A stretch of 64,000 bases of DNA from Lepidodermella squamata (taxonomy: Eukaryota > Animalia > Gastrotricha), in NCBI GenBank assembly GCA_047495785.1, contig JBLDXI010000028.1, positions 248,001-312,000 on the forward strand, read 5' to 3'. Of this stretch, positions 12,483-23,106 are shown piece after piece. The notes beneath the pieces are model-generated. The model saw only the letters and a program-made list of their open reading frames with translations. It had not been told where the DNA came from and ran no database searches. Numbering within the stretch: the first letter of the stretch is position 1; each line of letters starts with the position of its first letter. The position numbers and the translations under genes are program-made.

Positions 12483-15400
12483 CTAAGGGTTGAATTCCTC
12501 GCGTTTGACCACAGTTTGCTCGAGGCGGTTTGCTAACTGCTCTTCCATTTGTAAATCGACGGATTGACTATCGATTGAAAGTGATGATATTGTTTTGCTC
12601 ATCTCATCGTCGTTCATGTTAAAGTAATCGGCTGAAAGATGTACGTGGGCCATTTCCTTCCAAACAATTGCTTTACCACAGCCAAATCCTTTTTCTTTCA
12701 AATAAAGGTGAACATTGAGCTTGCCGAGAGAAGATGATGCTCGTTGATATAAATTAATAGAGCGCATTTGGATGCCCCGTGAGAACCATGCAACCCAACT
12801 TTCAAGATGGGTCTTAGCGGATGCGGCCGCGCTGCTAAATCGCGACGCGGCCATTCCATTGGAACGCATATTAGTCGGCACCATGATATCGATAAGTTCT
12901 GCTGGATCAAGTGGAACCGAGAAAAGTCTCGCGACTATGCCATCTACAGAAAAACGAACCGTACTTTTGTATTTACGCTCATTCACAATTTGTATAGCCT
13001 TTGCCGAAATCAGCCTATCCAGAAAATTCAACCATGAACCATAAACGGGGTTCTTCATAAAAATGTTAGAAAGCTGGAGCCATAGCGTTGCAACATCAGG
13101 CGTTGGTGGTGAGGTGTTTTTCGGATCGTGAACCAAAAATTCAAATATGCAGCGTAAATCGTCGACATTGATGCATCCAAGTTGACGCGTGTAGTACTCA
13201 ACTTTCTTCACGCGACTAGGCAGAATTGCGATGCTAGGACTTGATTGTTTCACAAACTCGTAGGCTGTGTCGGTTTTTTTCCAAACCCAGTGGACTTGGT
13301 TGGTTATTGGATCTGGTAACAGTTGACTCAAAGGCATGGATCCACAGGTAGTAGGACCATCACAACCCTCAACACGAGTCCAAACGAGACCGCAATGCGG
13401 GCATTTCCGGAAAGGAAATACGGCATCGCGACTTCCTACGTGGTAATTTTTAAACTGTTGGCAATGAACAACGTATCTCTCGAGATGGAAGTTGAGCTTT
13501 TCACGGACATGTTTATGCCAGAAGTAATCTTCGAACACATTGCTCTCAAGGGAGTTCTCATCGACAAAGGTGTCGAACATCGCATTGAAATGTTCTCGCA
13601 TCTTTTGAAGCATGGAGAACATAAAGTCTTGCCGCTCAAAAGAATTTTCTATCTGTTCCGCATGAACCATTGCACTGTTTTTGAAAAGCTCGGCCTCGGC
13701 TAAGGTCTGATTGGCCGATCTCAGCACGCCATGTTCGCTTTTTTTCAAGTCAAAGTAGCGGGGAAGGTCGTCAACTGATATCTCAATCATCTTAGCACTG
13801 GTCTGACGACTTCTGTTGTTCAGGAAATCAACGAATTCCTGCTCGAAGTGGCTTGAATTTTTCGAGACGAACAAAACGCTGCCGATTTTAAAGCGCGATA
13901 GGATTTTCGCTCTGACCCTTCCTTCGACTTCAGTTTTGCTTATTCGCAAGTTTTCAGCATGGTCCCAATGAGTAACGACAATCGTAATAATGTCAACGAG
14001 GTCAGCTGCTAGGGGGTCCACAACGAGTTCTACATCGTTGATCATGTTATCTAGTCGGCTGTCGAACTTGCATAAAACAAAAATTTGGGTGACTGGTTGG
14101 TCGGTTAACGCCTTGGCAATGTAGATGGCATGGTCGACTTTATTTTCGACTGATCTATAGCCAGGTGTGTCGGCAAAGTCAAACAGTGGCATTGAGTAAA
14201 CCGTTGTCTCTTTCGTTACACTTTCATCAAAGTCGCTGGTATCAAGCCTCTCGCCAAGTAAACGCTCGGCCAAAGTAGTTTTGCCGCTACCGACCGCCCC
14301 GATGAAGACAACGTAAGGTAGTTCTAAAGTAGATCAAAGTAAAAATTCAAAGCAGCTGGCTAGCGAGTTATTTACTCAGAAACGAATGACCTGCTGCCTG
14401 TGACATTGTTGCTCTTCTATTTGAGTCATGTACCAGTAATTTGGAAATTAAATCGTCTAAATCTTTGCTGTAACCGAAATCAGCTGCTTTGCAAGGGGAA
14501 TCAAACTGCGCATAAGGTTTGAATTGCTAGCGTATTATATGTGACTTCCGTTAATCTTACGTTCATGTTTAGAGTTGCCATTTCGTAGATGCTGGCTCCT
14601 AATGACCAAGCGTCACATTGCGGCGTGTACATGGCCCCAGCCAAAAATTCAGGCGAGGAATATGCGAGCGTTCCAAACCTAGTCGTTGCGGTCACCCTAT
14701 CAATAAAAAGGCTAATCAAATGACAATAACAAACATCATATTGTGCTAACTCGGTTTTCTTTTTGGTCAAACCAAAATCTCCCAACTTTAGAACTCGGCG
14801 ATTGGAGCATAAGAGCATGTTCTAATTACAAACACGGGTTCTACAACTTCACTTGATTTCACTTGATATAGCTTCTTACATCTGGTTTGATGTCGCGGTG
14901 CACCAAGTCGCAACGATGTAAGTAGTCCACGGCGTTAATCATCTGCTTGGCATAAGACTGGATGGTCAGTTCAAGTAAATGCCTGTTGTCGTTGATTGCC
15001 TCGGTGATGACTTGTTTCAGAGAGCCACCATCACAGCGTTCCATAACCATGTAGATTACAGGCCCTCCATTACACTCTTCTGTTCATTTAGAAAAGTTTC
15101 ACTACCGTAACGAGTGGTAACTTTGGGCAAAACGTGTTTTTCGGAGATCAAAAATCAGCCTTTGCTCCTAAATTTCTGGAATTTTCACCAAAGGTGGGGA
15201 CAGTGATTCTTGAATTTACTGAAAATTTTGAAGATTTTGAGAATTTTACCTGACCTTTGGCAAATTAATATGTGTTCGGGTAACTTTGGACAATTAGAGG
15301 GTAATTTTGGACACTCATTTGCATATGCAATTTCATTGCCATTTCATTGTGAATTAGAGGACCCCGCCCTAATTTCGGCCACTTCCTAAATTCGGCCGCT

Positions 15401-18400
15401 GCGTCCTAACTTCGGCCACCGGCCGAAATTTGGACACGAAGTGCTGTGCAGCAGTTTTATTTGCACGCAATTCAAGAACTTTGCATTGTTGGGCCCATCT
15501 GTTTCATGATTTTTCAAGCACGTGATCGCAAAAAAATAATTCTAAATGCGAGCGAGCGGGCTTATGTCACTTCTCGAGTGCTCAGTTACCGCTACTTTGC
15601 AGGTATAATTTACCTGAAACTGGCTCTTTAAAATTTACTGCTTTCACCTCAATAATTACCAGCTAAACCCCACCTTCATTTTGGTATAAAGTACCGTATT
15701 TCTCGAAAATATACGACACACCTGTATATATTCCCGCTCCCTAATACAACCCGACGAAAAAATCGTTTGTTCATATTTAACCCAGGCCTCGAAATTGTAC
15801 CACAGCTATTTTAATTTGGGCGAAGCATGCGTTGGAACAAAAGAATAATAATAATATAATAATGTTTTTATTTATCCTCTTCGGGACTGAGCGTCGTGTA
15901 CCGTTTCCGGTTTTGAAGAGGGCGAAGGCAGGCAAAGAATGATCCTCACCCACCCCCACAGTCGAGGATTCTGCTTTTTGTATAGAATTCGTAATTTTCA
16001 ATCGAGTTAACAACCATGCGCCATTCATCTTTTTCAAAAGAAACCGATTCCGCTAGTTGGACATTATCGTATTAATGACGCATTATCGTAATCAGTGATT
16101 AGCTATCGCTTCAAGGATGGAAAGCCGTGCGCTGCTGGCCGAGAGCTACTGGCTTCGAAGATGGCATCAAACGACACGTTCGATCAAGTCATCAGCCTGG
16201 ATGATTTCAACGATGACGAAAGTGAACCTGACTTTTTTTTTATTGATAATTGATTTTGTTGGTTGATCAAAAAATTGTTAACTTTTTCACTTTTTCACTG
16301 AATCGACAAATAAAACAATCTAAAAACGTCGTCTTAATACGAATTGCTCGCGGCTTTTTGTGATGATTCGCAATTAAACAGCACACCCGTATATATCCCC
16401 ACTCCCTAATACAACCCGAATCAAAAATCATTTGTTCATAAATATAGCCCGCGGTAAATTTTCGAGAAATACGGTATTCTATCTAAAACCGCCCAGGTGA
16501 AGAGATCCAGAGGGCCAATTTTAGGGTTTTTGAGGGTTTGATTCCAAAAATTAGCAGTCAATAGGGGAATTGAATTCGGGAAAACAAAATCAATAATCTC
16601 ATTCTACAGAAGGCAAGGGATTTTTTAGATATTTTTCCAGAATTTTAGAAAGTCAACCGCAGTTAGGCTATTAGGTAGAAAACAAGTTATCAAACTTGTA
16701 CCTGTCAAAACAAGTTTGAGTTTCAGGCATCACGTCGTCAAGGAAAAGCTCACAGGTGAAGCAACAAAGGCGGTTTTTATAGTCAGCTTTTTGAGACAAA
16801 TCTAACGATACCAAACTTATGGTATTAGTGTACCTGGATGAGGTGGCCGAAATTAGGGCACCCCGCTCCCTAATTCCGGCCGGGTGTCTGGGTGACTAAA
16901 AAATTAGCCATAAATCAAGGTAAAATCGTCCGGACTTGCGGAAAGCGGCATTCGATAGCCTAATAACGCCTCTTTAATTCTGCTTATGCCGAATATTTTC
17001 TGAAAATTTACCTGGCTGGCAAAGTCGGAAAAACCTGAAAAGCGGCCGAAATTAGGGCGGGGTCCTCTATCTGTTTTTCATGGTTTTTAATCTTGGGCCA
17101 TATTTCGAAATAAATTATGAACAGATGGCGCATCATCTGTTTCTCGGAAGTCCAATAAAAATACGTTTCTGCGCAGCAGCATACTTAACCCGTCCAAAAG
17201 TGTCCAAAATTACCCCAATTTTCACCTGTTTTTCAGGTAAATGCCCTGCTGAAACGCGTCGATGGATTGTCATTTTTCTTCGATTATAGGGAGAGTAAAG
17301 ATAGGAGAATACTCATGCCAACTTTTATTGAAAACTGTTCGATTTTTAGAAAGATAGAAGGGGGGTCCCAAAACGGCACCCAAAGTCTCACTGCTTGCAA
17401 CTTTTTCTGAAATTCGATTTAAGCTCTAATCGTCTTGATTTTTATTTCAAAGGAAAGCTGAGGAGACGGAGAATTTTATGCGAAAACCCCCATGATTTAA
17501 ACGTTCAACCCTGAAAAGTTGCAAACCTGCAAAGCCGAAAGTGTCCAAAGTTACCCTGTCCACAATCACCACACGTTACGGTATATGAAAATACCATCGC
17601 CGCGTTGCATTCGAAAATCGCCGTGCGTTTATTAGCATAGACATAATTTAGGATAGACTGACTACTCACGAGAAAAGAGCGGAACACCATGGGTCGCAGA
17701 TGTTCAGCTGAATCATCAAAAATGCTCAAAATTTCGGTGGGAAAGTAAACAAAGAAGTTGATTTTTCTTCGATCGATTTCGTTTTATCAGCGCTGGTTCT
17801 CTCAATTTCGTTGATGGAACCAGGAAGAGGATTTTGAGAGGAACAAGATGGTTATTTTTTCGTGAAATTATGATTTTTTTCAAATTGGTCAAAATGCATT
17901 TTTTAGTTTTTGAGCCTACAAATAAAATGGAAAATCGACAAGAAGGAAAGTGAAATTGAATCAATTGTTGACGAATCTAATTGCGGCTGGGCGTGAGCTA
18001 TATTTTGAGCCCAAGCTTGACCTTCAAACCAGAAAAAAGCATGAACCTTGCGCAGGAGTCACAAGTGTGGCCAAGATGGCCAAACCAAAAGTAATGCTAT
18101 TTCCCACCGAAAAACTTAAACAAATTGTCAAAATTCAGCAAAAAATCATTGAAGCTTGGGCTCAGAAGAAAGCTAACGCCAAGCCGCGTTTAGAACCGTC
18201 GGCAACTGCTTCAATTTCCTGTCGATTTTCGATTTTATTCGCAAGCTAAAAAACTCAATAATTAATGTTCACCCATTTAAAAAAATCCAAAATAAAGAAA
18301 AAATCATCATCGTGTTCGTCGTAATATTCTCTTCTAGGTACCATCAACAATCTTCAGAGAACCAGCTCTGATTTCAAAAAATCGATCGAAGAAAAATCAA

Positions 18401-18981
18401 CTTCTTTGTTTACTTTCCCCCTGAAATTTTGAGCATTTTTGATATGATTTTTGATGATTCAGCTGAACATCTGCGACCCATGGTGTTCCGCTCTTTTCTC
18501 GTGAGTAGTCCGTCTATCCTAAATTATGTCTATGGCATAGTCTATATATTCATAATCCCTAATACCTAGCAGCTTTTCTTTCAACCACTATTATTGAAAT
18601 GAGTATAGTATCTAAGCCTTATTAGCCATTTTACTATGTAGACTAGATCTGGGGATTCTGCTTACCCTGGAAATATTCATGCACCATGACGACATTTTTC
18701 GACTGCATGTTTTCCATGTTTTCCGCCTGCGATGAAGAAGTAATAACGGAAAGCCGCGACAACAAATTATATACCTCTCGCTGAGCCATTGTCCACAACT
18801 TTTCGCATAGGCGTTGATTACCCGAGCAATTTCTTAAAATCTTAGCCTTGCTGGTAATTTTCACGGCGTACAAAGTTTCACTCTCGTCATTCTTTTTGGC
18901 AAGGAACACATGGCCGAACCCACCTTGGCCAAGAAGACCCAAATTCAAGTAGGTCTCAGATTTGCGCAAAGACATCGCCAT
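12483..18981 (-). CDS. Fusion protein: NEK-like Ser/Thr kinase + TRAFAC P-loop GTPase + RBR-RING2-like Cys motif (~881 aa)
   Basis: Exons 18981-18775, 18726-18666, 15079-14880, 14821-14751, 14696-14561, 14505-14376, 14323-12483 (2646 nt, in frame). Kinase motifs GQGGFG, YAVK, HRDIKPDN, DFG, SPE, DAWSLG. GTPase motifs GAVGSGKT, SVT, DTPG, THWD. RKCPHCGLVWTRVEGCDGPTTCG follows. Confidence 0.82.
15357..17067. mobile_element. Non-autonomous TA-inserting DNA element B, nested in A
   Basis: TIR GAGGACCCCGCCCTAATTTCGGCC and its reverse complement. The TA duplication is confirmed by the empty site (gaatTAtctgtt) in the 24798-25567 copy. Subterminal TTCGGCC repeats. Confidence 0.9.
15694..16474. mobile_element. 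Tc2/pogo-like MITE C, nested in B
   Basis: TA-CCGTATTTCTCGAAAAT...ATTTTCGAGAAATACGG-TA, with an internal direct repeat CTCCCTAATACAACCCGA near both ends. Confidence 0.85.
17636..18534. mobile_element. Foldback-type element with long (~300 bp) imperfect TIRs
   Basis: CATAGACATAATTTAGGATAGAC...GTCTATCCTAAATTATGTCTATG. The outer ~140 bp are a near-perfect inverted repeat. TSD not resolved. Confidence 0.85.
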
Positions 18982-19777
18982 TGGACAGATATAACATCAA
19001 TGCCCTGCTTTGAGGATTGCGCAGGTATATAAAAGTTCAATAATATAATGATTCAACTTTCATTTCCAGTTGCAAGTTGCAAGTCAGCGGTCGTTATTTA
19101 AGATAAAATGGAACTGATAAAATGCCTCCTAGAGATGGGTGGGTCTCTCTATCTCTCACAAGGCTACCTATATCCAAATCATGATAAGTGCAAAGTCTTC
19201 TGTGGAATTTTGTTTTATTTTTTGGGAAAAGCAGTGACGATAAACGTTTTCGCGTCATCCGCACTACACTGCATTAAAATATTATCTAACTTAGTATAAA
19301 CAGCGCGTGTGACAGGAATGCGCCACGATGAAACCTTAGGAAACAAAGTAAATATTTTTTCAATTGTTACTACTTTATTCAATCCATTTTATAAAATTAA
19401 AATACAATTTATAACGGACAGCTAACTATTCTAATAAAGCTGAAAACAACTGAGTGGCACAAAAAGACAAATATACTCGAAAGAGGTTTCAACGAAAAAA
19501 TATACCTGATTTACACAAAAATTATAAGCGATTTTCACGCAAAAATTATCGGCTTCGAAGATGATCACCCAAGTTTAATAGAGATTTTCTGAGTAGGACA
19601 AGTTAACATGACATGATTCATTCAACATCAAGAAAATAAGCGATTTATAGAGTTTGGGGAAATAGCCGCCAACTTTCAATCATTTTTGCACACGGGCGTT
19701 AAAATTTAACGAGAAGTCATTCATACAGTCGAGGTTATAAGTTCGGTTTTTGAAACTTGTTTGAAATCCGGAACCGC

Positions 19778-22127
19778 TCAAGTGTTGCGTGTGACTCGGT
19801 AGCACTTCTGCTGACCGCAGCGCTGCAAAATAAAAAAGTTAGCTCAATTTGATTCAAAAATAGAAGAAAAAGTATAATGAGGTTGATCGAAGGTCACAAA
19901 TCGAGTAGCAAAATCGAGGTTCACTCATCAAGATTCGCCAGCGTCATGCATAGTGTGAAAAGAAAGCGCAGACGAAAGCTCGTGAGTAAGCCCCAATTTG
20001 CAAAATAATTGCTATTGAATAAAGCTGAGTCATCGCCTAATTCTTATTCACTCACCTGAACGTTGACGTTGCCGACCTCGCTGTACGTGAAATTGATATT
20101 TTCCTCCTGCTGCAGACGTTCGTAAAGCTTCTGGCTCAGCAAGACATCTCCGCCAGTTGCGATCTGCAGCAAATACGAAACCAGAACGCTGCCCTCGGTG
20201 AAGGCGAAGTAGCGGGGTAGTTGCAGGCCTTTTCCAATGAGACCGATGGCTGGACCGGCATAGGCGCCAAATTTAAGCTGGATGCGCGGGTACAGCTTGG
20301 CGGCCTTGTCACGAAGGTTGAAGCAAAAGTTGACGGCTCGGGAGGCGTGGTTCTCATTTTTATCCGGAACGCCAGCAAGAGCAACGAAAGAGTGCCCCAA
20401 GCCCTAAAATCAGACAGTTTTACAAAGATTTTACGAAGATGTTGAAGAGCAAACCTGTTGAATGTAGAGGCCGTATTTCTTGGCCACGTCGTCGGTTAGG
20501 CGATGCAGGTCCTCAACCATCTTGCAGAAATCAGCTGGGTCCGTTTCGGCCACGACCTTGTCAAACGCCGCGATAGTTCCCATAACCATGGAAACTTCCT
20601 TGAACTTGGACGCGCCAGGAATATCGCCAGACAGCACTCTTTTCTGTACCGTAGGAGGTAGACAAACAAGTAAACGTTGACGCTCACGACGCTGTTGAGC
20701 GATTGTTTCAATGACGCGCAGAGCTTGTCGGTTCATGTTCGTGTAGAGCAGGAAGAAAATGCCGACTATAGCCGCGCCCATAACGCACGATAGGATGAGT
20801 AAGGCCTGATCGCGAGCAGCTGTTTTCTGAATTTGCTGCTTCTCAGCTACGACTGAATCGCGAGATGTATTCGTCACGCCGCTCAGAGTTATCTGTGAAA
20901 AGTTAGAAAATTTGAATAGGCAAATGAGTTGGAGAATAATTTGTCGTACCTGAAACATGGCGTCGATGTAGGCTCGCATTGAGTAGGCCCATTCCTGGAA
21001 ATGGCTCTTATCGATGTCGCTGAGGGTAACCAACTTCTGAACAGTCGCATAGTCGTCAGAAATTTGAATTCGCGCGATCGTGTCTTCGTACGCCTTAGTT
21101 TTCGTCAAGAAAAACCGCTGGTTGTAGAAATCGCCGATTTGCTGGTACCGCAGTGCCGCTAGTCGATCAGCGTTTGAGACGTTACCAGTTGCGTAGACAA
21201 CCCCGACTGTAGAGTACAGCCAGGCGTAGGCGTCGAACATTTGCCCGAAAAAGTGCAAATTCAAGAGGTAGACGGCTTGAGCGTCGAGATCGAACTGCGT
21301 TGTATCGATGTCTTTGAGCACCTCAGTCAGTCGAATTACAGCGGATTGGAAAGAGGTTTGCAGGGTGGTCATCAAAAGCGCTGAATAAAGGAAATGGAAT
21401 AAAATGAAATTAATATGAAACTGACAACTTACTATCTTTTGTGCTGAGCGCCTTTCGAATACGCGTTTCTTCGACCGATTGAAGATTCGCAACTTCCTGC
21501 GCTTTCTGTAACGCTGTCATTGTTGTATTGACTATGTCGTCCAGCGTTCGATACCCACTCGTATCAGCCTGGTACATGTAGACCTCGGAGCGGGCCATCA
21601 CGACCTCGAGCAGAATTTTCACGTACTGCATTTTCGAGACCATGGTGTTGAAATTGGTCGTCAGCGAGTCGATGCGGTTCGTGTTGTAGGACAGCATGTA
21701 AGCGTTGCGGATCATCATGAGGAGGAAAGGGATGGCTGTTAGGACCAGGATGTAGATTTTCTGCCGAAGACGGCCGTCGCTCTTCTTCAGATCCATGTCA
21801 AACAGACGCCTGGAAAATTTGAATGATTAATTCGAAAAATTATGAACTAATTTTGCCTTACTTGATGAAGGAGCGACGTGACCTGTCGCGGCCTCGAAGT
21901 GTCTCATCGGCATCGGCGCCGCCCTGCAGAGCCGATTCCCATCGAATGATCTGGCCCGCAATCGTACGGCTACGCTTCGATGACCCAGCAGAGGAAGCGG
22001 GGTGCGGGCTGGCCTCGGCCGCCAAATGCTGCTTGTCGCCAGCTTTCGACACCGTTTTCTGGCTCGGAGCGGCCGTAGATCGGGCCGAGGACCCGGCCGG
22101 TTTAGCGAGTTGCGTCTTTGAAGCCAT
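19778..22127 (-). CDS. Two-TM membrane guanylate/adenylate cyclase homologue with NIT-like sensor domain; catalytic residues lost (~634 aa)
   Basis: Exons 22127-21862, 21809-21433, 21380-20950, 20892-20455, 20403-20056, 19822-19778 (1905 nt). TM1 IYILVLTAIPFLLMMI, ~270-aa helical ectodomain (WAYSMRAYIDAMFQI), TM2, S-helix LLVCLPPTV. Class III cyclase fold motifs NHASRAVNF, FGAYAGPAIGLIG, LPRY. Confidence 0.8.
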
Positions 22128-23106
22128 GCGCAGGCAGGTAAACTCAACTTGCTATCGAGTTCGGAATCGAAACGACTGATCGAGGTGCGCGGAGACGCTG
22201 GCAAGCTAATTAGTCACCGAAATGAGCTGTTGTGATTAAAAAATAATTTCTCATCGGTGACATGTTCGATTGAGCTGATGAAACGGGCACGGGTGCGGCG
22301 CGTATATATACGCCGGCGGTGCGTCGCGCGGCGATTACGCTGAGCCGCCGCGCCAATCAACCCGGCTTTGCGGCTAATTATCCGCCGAGCGCGCACGTGC
22401 GCCCGGTAACTAAGCCGCGCATCTTCTCGCACCGGTGAGCTCAACCAGGTAGCCTTGCAAGACGCCGCTTGCATAAGACAGCAATCAGCCTTCGGTGATT
22501 AATTTATAGAAATTGCTTCCTAAATTGCGCCGCCGTGAAATCAACTTGATTAAACGATATTATGCCTGCGTTTTAAGGCAGTTAATCCGAATTACAGGTT
22601 GACATCTTGTTTTGCGTTTTATTTTGATTGAGGTCATTTTCCAGGCCCACAAATACCTTCGATCGTCATCCGCCAGATTAATATTTAGCCGCTTCCTCGG
22701 TGAGTCAACCCAGTCACAAGTTTTGTGACGCAAGTAAAACATGTCCTAAACAGGAGCAAAATTAGCCGGAATATGACGGAAAACATGCGAATTTCCCCAC
22801 TTTAAAAATGACTAACGCCGGATTTTTCGAAACATTTTTTTTTTATTTTGAAAAATGATAATAATAACCGCAATAATATCAATAACCGCTTGTACAAAGA
22901 TGCAAATTTCCACCCTTATAACAATAAAACGCAACGAAAAACGAAGAAAAACAGTGAAATAAAAGACCAGTTCAATTGTTGCAAGTTTTATATTACATTT
23001 TTTTCCGGCAGGAAAAATGACACAAAGTTTCAGATTATTTTGGCTGAATCTCGCCGAGAATTATCTTTTTTTTCCTTTCACATGAAAAAACAAAGTGTTC
23101 CGCAAA

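Larger units (their letters stand above)
15105..17581. mobile_element. Non-autonomous Tc1/mariner-pogo-type element A, interrupted by elements B and C
   Basis: TA-CCGTAACG...CGTTACGG-TA termini. The two halves match an uninterrupted inverted copy at 24798-25567. Confidence 0.9.

Noticed and set aside
12483-14273. 596-aa ORF as a stand-alone gene
   Set aside because: It starts at TTG downstream of the P-loop and there is no in-frame ATG before the upstream stop; it is better explained as the last exon of the kinase gene.
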